A DNA stretch of 64,000 bases from the NCBI GenBank assembly GCA_963665665.1, contig OY762428.1:512001-576000 (forward strand), in the 5' to 3' direction. The translations under genes and the position numbers were made by a program. The stretch is from Candidatus Kapaibacterium sp. (GTDB lineage Bacteria > Bacteroidota > Ignavibacteria > Kapaibacteriales > UBA2268). Below are positions 32,090 through 41,345 of this stretch, piece by piece (position 1 is the first letter of the stretch; the number at the start of each line of letters is the position of its first letter). Below the pieces are notes generated by a model. It saw only the letters and a list, made by a program, of their open reading frames with translations. It was not told where the DNA came from and made no database searches.

Positions 32090-32959
32090 CGTTGAATCCT
32101 TTCCTGCTATCTTATTTTTCTCGGCATTGATCTTAAGATTATCCTTTCTGGTTAGCTGCCCGATTTTAAGATCGATTGGTTTCAGCTGCCTGAAAGGTAT
32201 TTGTAACCCATCCCCTACCGGATAACCACCTGGCCTTAGTATTGTATCCTGGTGAAGGAATATCCTGCATTTGTTTTTCAAGAAATGTTCCCCATTATAA
32301 AGATTAGTCAGCCGCTGCTCCAGGAGTTTGTGCTGCTGCCTGCTGTCTTTCATCAGGAAAATATCTTTATTGTGCCGGAAATCGCTTTTATCAGCAAAAG
32401 CAAATATCCTGGCAGGGATACTGTCATAAACCAATACAGGTGTTCCTCTGCTGACTCTTTGATACAAATCTTCACCATCCTCGCGGGAAATCCTGACACA
32501 TCCGTGTGATGTAGGCTTTACTCCAAGATGCCGGTAGTATGAATTTGTTGTCAGCCCGTGGAATCCAATATTCAGATTGAATCCAATCCACCATAGCAGT
32601 TTGCAATTGTTAAACTGGCGGGATTCGGCAGCTCTGGCCATCAGCTGTACGGTGTAAATACCCTCGCGTGTATCTACCCCCTTGCTTATTCTTGAAGTGC
32701 CTGAAGATATTTTGTAAGTAAATACACTATCGCCCCTGTAATGAAGAACCGCCTTCTGCTCATTAAGCGAAATGGAAATATACTTGTCGCTCAGGATATA
32801 AACCGTATCTCTGAGGGGAATAAATTCCAGTATATCCTTCTTATCTTCAAGAAAATCCTTATGAAAGCGCAAATAGTCCGGCCCCGAATAATCCCGGCCG
32901 GAAACACACAATCCGGAAATTATTATAACAAATGCCAATATGAAAATCTTCGTTTTCAT
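32072..32959 (-). CDS. L,D-transpeptidase (YkuD family)
   Basis: IGFHGL...SHGCVRIS; signal peptide from MKTKIFILAFV. Confidence 0.8.
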   Translation of the reverse strand: MKTKIFILAFVIIISGLCVSGRDYSGPDYLRFHKDFLEDKKDILEFIPLRDTVYILSDKYISISLNEQKAVLHYRGDSVFTYKISSGTSRISKGVDTREGIYTVQLMARAAESRQFNNCKLLWWIGFNLNIGFHGLTTNSYYRHLGVKPTSHGCVRISREDGEDLYQRVSRGTPVLVYDSIPARIFAFADKSDFRHNKDIFLMKDSRQQHKLLEQRLTNLYNGEHFLKNKCRIFLHQDTILRPGGYPVGDGLQIPFRQLKPIDLKIGQLTRKDNLKINAEKNKIAGKDSTSVAVN

Positions 32960-32963
32960 AATA

Positions 32964-33167
32964 TCAAATCTTACCCTGGCTAACAAGTTTTGCAAAATGT
33001 TCAAACGAACGGTCGTAAGTTCTTTCAGCATCATTCGGAAAAACACAGGCTGGTAATTGCCTGGATCGGACATGATATTTTATACAGTCGCAGCACATTC
33101 CTTTTCTGCTGCATGGCTCATAAGTACAGTTACAGATTTTCAGGTTCATTTCTTTCTTGCATTCCAT
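32964..33167 (-). CDS. DUF6485-like small Cys-rich protein
   Basis: [21 protein letters not shown]...LPACVF...ERTYDRS. Confidence 0.75.
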   Translation of the reverse strand: MECKKEMNLKICNCTYEPCSRKGMCCDCIKYHVRSRQLPACVFPNDAERTYDRSFEHFAKLVSQGKI

Positions 33168-33660
33168 ATTCTTTCCTTGCATATAGTCCCTGTATTACCA
33201 TAAGTAATTTACAAAATTCAGAGAATATAAAGCAATTTATATACCAAAATATAATTCAATAAATACCTGTAGTACCTACAATCGCTATAAGCAATTAAGC
33301 AAAAATTTATGGAGAAACACCGAATCAACACTATGAAGAATTACTATTGTAACCTTTTCTTTAGCAAAGTGTAGTTTATAAAAATGAAAATTTTATCGAT
33401 TCAGGAGATAAATCACGTACTAATTCATTATGGAAATAATATTGTTGCTTTCTGATTGCAGGAATCATACAAGCCCAAAACGGGATTTTTTTTATTAATA
33501 CTTTACAAATACAATTAATGATATAATTTTTCACACAAAAAAAATCACTCAAAATAAGCCCGGGCATTTCTTACCTACAATTTACCCAAAACCAAATACC
33601 CCCTCCCGGGCTTAAATATTTCAATCATTGATTTTGATAATCCCCCCCTCAACGCTTCCC

Positions 33661-33774
33661 CCTCATTACGAACTTGTACTTGGTAATGCAGTTTTCTTTT
33701 GAATCTGAGCTTCTCTATTTCAAAGTAGTACTTTGCAGGAAATATTTCTTCCCAAGCGGGGGCTTGGGAAGGAG
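33661..33774. repeat. REP-like hairpin cassette (TTCCCAAG...CTTGGGAA / TTACCAAG...CTTGGTAA family)
   Basis: Reverse complement aligns along its length with 44851-44964. Confidence 0.7.
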
Positions 33775-33780
33775 GGAAAG

Positions 33781-34089
33781 ATTTTCTGCTATTTTGCATG
33801 GATTCTTCGATCGCTTCGCTCCGTCAGAATGACGGATGGGAATGTCCCCCGCTGGCGGGGGTGTCCGAAGGACGGGGGTGGATTTCCGGAAAATTCCCCT
33901 CGTTGAGGGGTGGCGAGCGCAGCGAGTCGGGGTGGATTCTTTTTCCGATTGAAGTTATTATAGTTGGCAGAAGTAGAATGTCATTCTGAGCGCCAGCGAA
34001 GAATCCATTCTTCATACATTATCTGCAAACAAAGATGGATTCTTCGGTCGCAAGCTCCGGAAGCCTGCCCCGACGTGTCGGGGAATGAC
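33781..34089. repeat. Cluster of REP-like hairpins (GTCATTCTGA...GAAGAATCC, CCCCTCGTTGAGGGG and CCCGACGTGTCGGG motifs)
   Basis: Segments are near-exact reverse complements of 61405-61494 and 61598-61651. Confidence 0.75.
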
Positions 34090-34289
34090 AACATAATACC
34101 TCCTTCTCCCGCCCTATCCCCCCGTTTTTCCACCCCAATTAACCAAGCACCGGACTTAATTCCCCATCCTGTGGTATCAATGAATCGAATAATTTCCTTA
34201 ATTCAATGCTGTTTTTAATCAAACCCCTGATGTTGGGGCTAATCGCTTTGTTGTCGGAGCTTTAAACTGTCTTGGCCGGAGTTATTGAA

Positions 34290-34607
34290 CTACTGTTTGG
34301 CCTTATTGTAGTGAAATTTGGCCTCATTGAACACTTGGTTGATCTTACTGAACACTTGGTTGATCTTACTGAACACTTGGTTGACCTTACTGAACACTTG
34401 GTTGACCTTACTGAACACTTGGTTGACCTTACTGAACACTTGGTTGGCCTTATTGAACACTTGGTTGACCTTATTGAACACTTGGTTGGCTTTACTAAAC
34501 ACTTGGTTGACTTTACTGAACACTTGGTTGGCTTTACTGAACACTTGGTTGATCTTACTGAACACTTGGTTGGCTTTACTGAACACTTGGTTGATCTTAC
34601 TGAACAT
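34290..34607 (-). CDS. Putative 105-aa heptad-repeat protein MFS-(K[VIA]NQVF[SN])13-EAKFHYNKAKQ
   Basis: GGAGG-8nt-ATG; start and stop positions conserved in the second copy; conservative heptad changes between copies. Confidence 0.45.
   Translation of the reverse strand: MFSKINQVFSKANQVFSKINQVFSKANQVFSKVNQVFSKANQVFNKVNQVFNKANQVFSKVNQVFSKVNQVFSKVNQVFSKINQVFSKINQVFNEAKFHYNKAKQ
34326..34598 (-). repeat. 21-nt tandem array A, 13 units (AAGGTCAACCAAGTGTTCAGT consensus on the minus strand)
   Basis: Counted directly; variation confined to a few positions. Confidence 0.95.
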
Positions 34608-34614
34608 GTTCTTT

Positions 34615-34971
34615 GCCTCCGACCAAGAGTTCAATGCCTTCAAACAAGGCAGCAATGACTTCGACCAAGGGGTCAATGACTTCAACCAAGGCATCATTAT
34701 CTTCAACCAAGGCATCAATAACTTCGACCAAGGTATCAATGACTCCGACCAAGGCATCAATGACTTCGAACAAGGCAGCAATGACTCCGACCAAGGCAGC
34801 AATAACTCCGACCAAGGCAGCAATGGCTCCGACCAAGGCAGCAATAACTCCGACCAAGGCAGCAATAACTCCGACCAAGGCAGCAATGACTCCGACCAAG
34901 GCGGCAATAACTCCGACCAAGGCGGCAATGACTCCGACCAAGGCATCAATAGATTCGACCAAGGCGTCAAT
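34615..34971 (+). repeat. 21-nt tandem array B, 17 units (GACTCCGACCAAGGCAGCAAT consensus); 2 further units at about 35119-35160
   Basis: Counted directly; related to array A but on the opposite strand. Confidence 0.9.
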
Positions 34972-34980
34972 AGATTCGAA

Positions 34981-35119
34981 CATTGGTGAAATGCCGCTGC
35001 CCCTTCCTACCTCCCCCCGGCCCCCTCCTTCGGAAGGAGGGGGAGTTAATCTTATGATATTTAACTTCTTATCCCCTCCTAATGTAGGAGGGGATTATAG
35101 GGGTGGTTTTCTTGCTTTG
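34981..35119. repeat. REPIN-like double hairpin (CCCCCTCCTTCGGAAGGAGGGGG...CCCCTCCT..AGGAGGGG)
   Basis: Near-identical reverse complement at 60522-60660. Confidence 0.8.
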
Positions 35120-35333
35120 ACTCCGACCAGGGCAGCAATAACTCCGACCAAAGCAGCATTATTTTTTAAACATTGGGAATATGTCGGGGAATGCGGGATT
35201 GAAGTATATTATAATTCGGACGGAGGAAAAATGATCATAACAATTCCGGGTAAAGGCACAGCCCTGCCTGAATAGTGTAATTATTACATATATTAAACCC
35301 GGAAAATAAAATCTGTTTGAAATTGTTGAGTGA

Positions 35334-36659
35334 TTAATATTCGGGATCACCCCCGAGTTTTTTAATCCACATCCTGACTTTTCCGGATAAAGAATCACGC
35401 TTTTGGTATCTCTTTAAAAATTCATTGAAATCGCGCACAGCATATAAATATTTTTCATCATGTTTGAATGCAATAGCCCGGTTCATATAAGTTCTGGGAT
35501 TATCCGGAAAAAGTTCTATTGCGAGGGTATAATCTTCGGCTGCTTTTTTATAATAGCGCATATTCATGAATATATTTCCGCGCGTTATATATGCCTGTAC
35601 AAATTTCGGATTAATTGTAATAGCCTTTGTAAGGTCATATATAGCTTCCTTATATCTGCTCATTCCTGCCTTTGCGTTTCCCCTGCCAAGAAAGGCAGCC
35701 GCAAGTTCAGGATTCAGTTCCAGTGCCTGGTCGTAATCCATAATTGCTTCAGCATATTTTTTCATAAATGTAAAAGCATTCCCCCTGTTATAGTAAAGAA
35801 CAGGGTTTTTGGGATTAATTGAAATTGCCTTGTCGTAATCAGTAATAGCGTTATCATAATCTTTTACAGTCAGATAGGATAGAGCCCTGTAATTATATAC
35901 CTCTACTGATTTTGGTTTGAGCTGGATTACCATGTTGAAATCCTGTATGGCTTCTTCATGCTTTTTCAACTTGCTAAGCACCATGCCACGGTAATTCAGC
36001 GCCATAACAGATTCCTTGTTCACTTCGATAGCCGAGGAATAATCTTTAACAGCTTCCTTAAGCTTGTCCATGTTGCCATAAGCAATACCTCTTGAAATAA
36101 AGGCTTTTTCGTGCTTTGGGTCCAACTGAATAACATGTGTAAAGTCATCAACAGCAAGCTGGAAATCTTTTTTATCAAAATAACAATTGCCCCGGTTAAG
36201 ATATGAAAGCAGATGCCCCGGGTTCAGATCGATAGAAGTATTAAAATCTTCAATAGCTTCATCAAAATTTCCCATTTCTTTCTTTGCCACTCCTCTTTTG
36301 TAATAGGCAAAGGAAAATTCTGAATTTTGTTCAATAGCAAGGGTCAGATCCTTAATAGCCCTTTGATATTTCCTCATATCAACAAGAACGCTTCCTCTTT
36401 TGAAATAGGCAAAGGAAAAGCTGCCGTTCAGAGTAATAGCATTATTGTAATCTGTAAGGGCTTCATTGAACATATTTAATTCATACAAAGAGTTTCCCCT
36501 TTTAAAATAAGCAAAGGAAGACCTCGGATTACGTTCTATGGCATTTGAATAGAACTCTACAGCTTTCTCAAACTCACCCTGTTCAAATTCCTGATCACCT
36601 TTTTCGACCCATTTTTCCGAAGAGTAATTCTCAACATTCGATTTTTCATCTGATTTCAC
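35334..36659 (-). CDS. Tetratricopeptide repeat protein
   Basis: About 12 TPR units (AYxxRG...AIxDYxxAIxLNP). Confidence 0.9.
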   Translation of the reverse strand: MKSDEKSNVENYSSEKWVEKGDQEFEQGEFEKAVEFYSNAIERNPRSSFAYFKRGNSLYELNMFNEALTDYNNAITLNGSFSFAYFKRGSVLVDMRKYQRAIKDLTLAIEQNSEFSFAYYKRGVAKKEMGNFDEAIEDFNTSIDLNPGHLLSYLNRGNCYFDKKDFQLAVDDFTHVIQLDPKHEKAFISRGIAYGNMDKLKEAVKDYSSAIEVNKESVMALNYRGMVLSKLKKHEEAIQDFNMVIQLKPKSVEVYNYRALSYLTVKDYDNAITDYDKAISINPKNPVLYYNRGNAFTFMKKYAEAIMDYDQALELNPELAAAFLGRGNAKAGMSRYKEAIYDLTKAITINPKFVQAYITRGNIFMNMRYYKKAAEDYTLAIELFPDNPRTYMNRAIAFKHDEKYLYAVRDFNEFLKRYQKRDSLSGKVRMWIKKLGGDPEY

Positions 36660-36788
36660 CTGCTCACCATCAAAAAATGATACAGCACTTTACTAATAAT
36701 GCATTAAATTTGTACTTAATAACATTCTTATTAAAATAAAAAAATTTGAATTGTTTTTGAAAGTATTATTCTTATCCGGGAAATTTTT

Positions 36789-37331
36789 ATGAAAGTTTTA
36801 GTTCCAATTGCAAACGGAACAGAGGAAATGGAAGCGGTAATAATCATCGATATGCTTAGAAGAGCAGGCATTGAAGTAGTTGTGGCCGGAACAGAAAATG
36901 AAGTATTATGTTCGCGCGGGGTTGTTTTGAAGCCGGACGTACTGATAGAGACAGTTTTAACCGAAAAATTCGATGCAATAATTATTCCCGGCGGATTGGA
37001 AGGAACGGAAAACCTTATTAATTCCGAACCGATGAAAGAAATTATTGAATATCACAAAAATAATAGTGGAATATTTGCTGCAATATGCGCCGCACCGTTG
37101 ATACTTGATGAAGCAGGATTATTTAGCGACAGTACTGAATTTACATCACACCCATCGGTAAAGGAAAAATTCAGCCATGGTTCATACCAGAATGATAAAG
37201 TTGTTATATCAAATAGCATTATTACATCTGCAGGTGCCGGAACTGCTTTTGATTTTGCTCTTGAAATTATTAAATTACTTACAGGCAGGGATATGGCAGA
37301 TAAAATTTCAAAATCAATTTTATACAGATGA
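36789..37331 (+). CDS. DJ-1/PfpI (YajL/ThiJ) family protein
   Basis: GTEEMEAV, IPGG, AAICAAP, ITSAGAGT. Confidence 0.9.
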   Translation: MKVLVPIANGTEEMEAVIIIDMLRRAGIEVVVAGTENEVLCSRGVVLKPDVLIETVLTEKFDAIIIPGGLEGTENLINSEPMKEIIEYHKNNSGIFAAICAAPLILDEAGLFSDSTEFTSHPSVKEKFSHGSYQNDKVVISNSIITSAGAGTAFDFALEIIKLLTGRDMADKISKSILYR

Positions 37332-37337
37332 AATAAT

Positions 37338-37613
37338 ATGAAAAAGATCAGAGCAGAATTTATCATCAGCGGACACGTTCAGGGCGTGGGTTTCAGGTAT
37401 TTTGTATATAGAAAAGCAGAACAGATAGGGCTTGAAGGATACGCCAGAAATCTTTATGACGGAACGGTAGAAGTTAAAGCAGAAGGCGGGGAAAATCTGA
37501 TAGCAGCTCTGAAACAGTATTTGGAACAGGGCCCTTCAAGATCAAGGGTTGATTCGTGTAAAGTAATTTTTTCCGATGCAACAGGCGAATTTAATGGATT
37601 TGGTATCAGATAA
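37338..37613 (+). CDS. acyP: Acylphosphatase
   Basis: GHVQGVGFR, GYARNLYDGTVEV, GPSRSRV. Confidence 0.9.
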   Translation: MKKIRAEFIISGHVQGVGFRYFVYRKAEQIGLEGYARNLYDGTVEVKAEGGENLIAALKQYLEQGPSRSRVDSCKVIFSDATGEFNGFGIR

Positions 37614-40335
37614 AAACAACTCATACATAATTACAAGATTTTTGATACTTATATCAGCAATCTTAATAATTTTGATTCCGGCAGAATCGTATTGTACCGG
37701 CATGAATGAAATTGAATTGTCTGTTGATAACACAACTGAATTCGACCAATTGGGATTCCGTCCTAAAATCGCACTTGTTCTTAGCGGAGGCGGCGCACGC
37801 GGCCTGGCTCATATCGGTGCTATCAGAAAACTGGAAGAAGCCGGAATAAAACCTGATTATATTGTTGCAACCAGTATGGGAGCCGTAATTGGCGGCTTAT
37901 ATGCTTCCGGATACAGTATTTCCGAGATTGATTCCACGATGCGCGCAACCGACTGGGACGGGATTCTGTCTGTAAGTGCCGGCAGTAACAGGAACAGGCT
38001 TTTCCTGGACCAGAAAGAAATGCAGGACAGAAGCCTTGTTACTCTGAGGTTCAAAAATTTTGAGTTTATAATTCCTGAGGCTGTTTCATTCGGCAATAAA
38101 TATATCGGGGTTTTGCAAAGAATGCTATGGAACAGTAAATACCACTGTAACGACAGTTTCGATTCTCTCAGGTATATCTTCAGGCCGGTTGTTACCGACC
38201 TTGTAAGTGGTAAATCAATATCGTTAGAAAAAGGGAACATGGTAAGAGCAATCAGGGCAAGTTCAACGTTCCCACTGCGCTTTCCGCCCGTCAGGGAAAA
38301 AGGAATGATACTTGTTGACGGCGGTATTCTTGCAAATCTGCCTGTTGATCACGCAAAAAAATTTAACCCGGATATAATTATTGCTGTGGATGTTAGTTCC
38401 CCCCTGAACAAAGAAACTGCCATTGATAACCCGCTTACAATTGCAGACCAGGTAATTTCACTTTCAATGAAAATCTTTTCTGATTCAGCAGCTAAACATG
38501 CAGATATTCTTATCAAACCGGATATTGGTACAATATCTAATCTGGAATTCAATAAAATCGACAGCCTGATATTGATGGGCGAGATTGCAACACAATCCGA
38601 ATTTTTTGATTTGAAGGAAATTATTAATAAAAAAACAAATTCAAATTTTCAGGATTATGTGTTGGCTACAGGGCTGTCTGAAATGATTGAAAAGGCTGAT
38701 ACTATTGTTTGCAGGGGCCTGAAGGACAAAGATGATAAATATTTTTGCTCTAAATTCAGAAAGTTTTCCGACAACAGGCAGGATGCCGTTAAAAAACTAT
38801 TACTTAATTTTCCACGATATAGAAAAGTCTTATTAAGTTATAACAAATTAAATAATTCAATTCACCTTGAAGCCAGGCAGTTCCACAAAGTTGATTCTAT
38901 CATTGTAAATTTTGAAAACCGCAGTATTACAAAGAAAATCATTGAATTATTCGACAATCAACTAAAGAACAAAGAATTCGATCCATACAGAAAAAAGAAA
39001 CTCGAAGAATCTGTTTTGAATTTGCTACGCGAAAATGATTATTCGTTTGCATCAATAACGGAGTTTTATTCAGACAGTATTGGTGGTAATATACATTTAT
39101 CACTGGATGCCGGCAGACTGAAACACATAATTATAAAAGGAAATGAAGAAACTCCTGAATTCATGGTTTTACGAGAGCTATTATTGAAAGAAGGGGATAT
39201 AATAACTGCCGACCGATTAGTTGAATCATGGTATAACTTAATCAGCACAGGTTTATACAGCGATGTACAATTCAAAGTTGATTGCAGCAACGAAATTACA
39301 GATAAAATTTTAATAATATCGGTTAAGGAAAGAGGGTCTCAGATGATATCCATCGGAGCTTCTACCGATAACGAAAGAAAACTGAAATTCGGGCTGGACC
39401 TTATCCAGGAAAACCTGATGAATCTTGGCAGCAGGCTTTCTATGCGGCTTGTAGCCGGAGACAGAGACCAGAAAGTGAACCTGATGCTGAGCATTCCACG
39501 TATATTCAGTACTCTTTTTACATCCAGGATATCGGGTTATGCCGAAAGAAAAGAATATTATGAATATAAAACAGTAACTGAAATACCGACAAATGACTAT
39601 AGGAAAGAAGAATCAGGTGAATTTTCCGAGGAAAGGTACGGCTTTAAAGCTGCTGCCGGAACAAGAATTCAAAAGAACGGTATATTCGATATCGAACTCA
39701 GGCTTGAAAAGCAAAGATTTTACAATCTGGCCCAGAGGATTGTTCCTGAATTCTATGCACTTTCCACAATAAAAGTAAAAACATTGTTTGATTCCGAAGA
39801 TGACAGTTATTTTCCGAGGGAAGGAAGGCTATTAAAAATCTCTCTTGAATCTACGATTTATCGTGAAAGCAGTTCTTCTGGTTTTTCAAAAGCAGAATAT
39901 TATCATGCCAATAATTACTCTTTTGGTGATAATACAATAAGAAGCAGCATATTCTTTGGTTATGCCGATAAAACACTTCCCGTTCCTGAATTTTTCAGTA
40001 TTGGCGGTATTGATGATTTCTTCGGCTTCAGGGAGGACGAATCAAGAGGAAGGCAAAAGATAAGAGCCTCACTCGAATATCGCCGATTAATGCCGTTTCA
40101 GTTGTTTTTTGATACTTATATGTCCCTTCGGTATGATATTGGCTCTGTTTGGACAAACCCGGAATCAATTCAGATAAATGACCTCAAACACGGAGTCGGT
40201 TTCAAAATAGCTTTTGATACACCGCTCGGACCTGCAAGTTTTGCTACCGGGAAAAGCTTCTTTTTCCTGAAGAACCCTTTTGCAATGGGCTGGGGGGAAA
40301 CAAAAATGTATTTCAGCATTGGCCTGAAAATGTAA
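37576..40335 (+). CDS. Patatin-like phospholipase fused to POTRA and Omp85 barrel (PlpD / type Vd-like)
   Basis: LSGGGARGLAHIG, ATSMG, LVDGG; POTRA-like IKGNEET...RELLLKEG; DTPLGP...YFSIG C-terminus; start uncertain. Confidence 0.8.
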   Translation: MQQANLMDLVSDKNNSYIITRFLILISAILIILIPAESYCTGMNEIELSVDNTTEFDQLGFRPKIALVLSGGGARGLAHIGAIRKLEEAGIKPDYIVATSMGAVIGGLYASGYSISEIDSTMRATDWDGILSVSAGSNRNRLFLDQKEMQDRSLVTLRFKNFEFIIPEAVSFGNKYIGVLQRMLWNSKYHCNDSFDSLRYIFRPVVTDLVSGKSISLEKGNMVRAIRASSTFPLRFPPVREKGMILVDGGILANLPVDHAKKFNPDIIIAVDVSSPLNKETAIDNPLTIADQVISLSMKIFSDSAAKHADILIKPDIGTISNLEFNKIDSLILMGEIATQSEFFDLKEIINKKTNSNFQDYVLATGLSEMIEKADTIVCRGLKDKDDKYFCSKFRKFSDNRQDAVKKLLLNFPRYRKVLLSYNKLNNSIHLEARQFHKVDSIIVNFENRSITKKIIELFDNQLKNKEFDPYRKKKLEESVLNLLRENDYSFASITEFYSDSIGGNIHLSLDAGRLKHIIIKGNEETPEFMVLRELLLKEGDIITADRLVESWYNLISTGLYSDVQFKVDCSNEITDKILIISVKERGSQMISIGASTDNERKLKFGLDLIQENLMNLGSRLSMRLVAGDRDQKVNLMLSIPRIFSTLFTSRISGYAERKEYYEYKTVTEIPTNDYRKEESGEFSEERYGFKAAAGTRIQKNGIFDIELRLEKQRFYNLAQRIVPEFYALSTIKVKTLFDSEDDSYFPREGRLLKISLESTIYRESSSSGFSKAEYYHANNYSFGDNTIRSSIFFGYADKTLPVPEFFSIGGIDDFFGFREDESRGRQKIRASLEYRRLMPFQLFFDTYMSLRYDIGSVWTNPESIQINDLKHGVGFKIAFDTPLGPASFATGKSFFFLKNPFAMGWGETKMYFSIGLKM

Positions 40336-40352
40336 CCGCCAAATTTGGTGTA

Positions 40353-40378
40353 TGAAACAATGAAACCTTTTTTTCGTC
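40353..40378 (+). promoter_or_regulatory. ECF sigma-type promoter TGAAAC-N16-CGTC
   Basis: Canonical SigW-like motif and spacing about 30 nt upstream of the LOG-family gene. Confidence 0.55.
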
Positions 40379-40409
40379 TCCCGATTAGTAAAATAAATTT
40401 TGGATTATT

Positions 40410-40937
40410 TTGATGAAAGTAGCAGTCTTCGGCTCCTCTGAACCGAAAGAGGGAGATAAAATATATTCAACAGGCAAACTGCTGGGCAAGAGTCTTGCAG
40501 AAGAAGGGCATTCTATTGTTACCGGAGGGTATTCCGGGCTGATGGAAGCCCCGATAAAAGGCGCTAATAAATATAATGTAAACAGGATTGGAATAATAAC
40601 TGAACATTATTCAAAACAGCCGAATAAATACCTGACCGACATTATCAAAGCAGGCTCCTATGGCGAAAGAATGCAGAGCCTGATAGAGTATGCAGACGCT
40701 TATATTATTATGCCCGGAGGAACGGGAACTTTGCTTGAATTTTCTGCCGTATGGGCTTACAGGCAAAGAGGCATCCATGATAAACCCGTTATTCTATTCG
40801 GCAGCACATGGAGAAAAATTATTGACATACTTTCAAAAGACGATTATTTTATAAAATCTATCGATAATTTAATCATTGCAGACAATATTGATGAAATAAT
40901 TGAATTATTAGAAATGAAAAATAAGTCGGGAATATGA
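40410..40937 (+). CDS. LOG family nucleotide-binding protein
   Basis: [21 protein letters not shown]. Confidence 0.8.
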   Translation: MMKVAVFGSSEPKEGDKIYSTGKLLGKSLAEEGHSIVTGGYSGLMEAPIKGANKYNVNRIGIITEHYSKQPNKYLTDIIKAGSYGERMQSLIEYADAYIIMPGGTGTLLEFSAVWAYRQRGIHDKPVILFGSTWRKIIDILSKDDYFIKSIDNLIIADNIDEIIELLEMKNKSGI

Positions 40938-41335
40938 TGGGACAGATATTTAACAGAATTAAAAGAATAATTAGAACTGAATGGGGACAGGCTTCTTACA
41001 AAGGCAGAAATATTTTCGAAGAAGAGGATGAAGAGTTAAGACGAATTATCGACGAATTGAATAATGACCGAACAGATGAAAAATCCGATTCTGAAACTAA
41101 AAGGGAATATTATTCAAATCCGGATGTAAAATATAATGCAGCCTGCTCTGTTCTCGGGGTTCAATCGGATGCAGATATTAAAGAAATCAAAGCTGCATAT
41201 AAAAATCTGATAAGAAAATATCATCCGGACAGGGCACATAAACTTGATGATGCAGGAAAATCAGAAGCAGAAAGAAAATCTCGTGAAATTAATTCTGCTT
41301 ATGATTATATTCGTAAAGTGAAAGGATTGAAATAA
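40934..41335 (+). CDS. DnaJ-domain protein
   Basis: [16 protein letters not shown]...EINSAY. Confidence 0.85.
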   Translation: MMGQIFNRIKRIIRTEWGQASYKGRNIFEEEDEELRRIIDELNNDRTDEKSDSETKREYYSNPDVKYNAACSVLGVQSDADIKEIKAAYKNLIRKYHPDRAHKLDDAGKSEAERKSREINSAYDYIRKVKGLK

Positions 41336-41345
41336 AGGTGACGGA

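Larger units (their letters stand above)
33661..35180. mobile_element. Composite non-autonomous repeat element, copy 1 (REP cluster + conserved tail + divergent 21-nt arrays + REPIN)
   Basis: Collinear homology, in inverted orientation, with 60440-61675; no transposase inside; boundaries approximate. Confidence 0.6.

Noticed and set aside
33376-34218. Short ORFs over the REP cluster
   Set aside because: They are translations of palindromic repeats with no protein-like features.
34602-34611. GAACATGTTC as a LexA (Cheo) box
   Set aside because: The spacing is GAAC-N2-GTTC, not N4.
34326-34971. CRISPR array
   Set aside because: Units are contiguous 21-mers with no unique spacers, and there are no cas genes in the window.
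34272-35275. Long overlapping ORF-track calls (LNTWLTL, EHLVDLT, MTPTKAA, LVGVIAA, WSESLLP frames) as genes
   Set aside because: These frames are open because the repeats lack stops. The array A frames translate very differently in copy 2 (SSHACLT, IPRLFDF), and starts and stops are mostly not shared.
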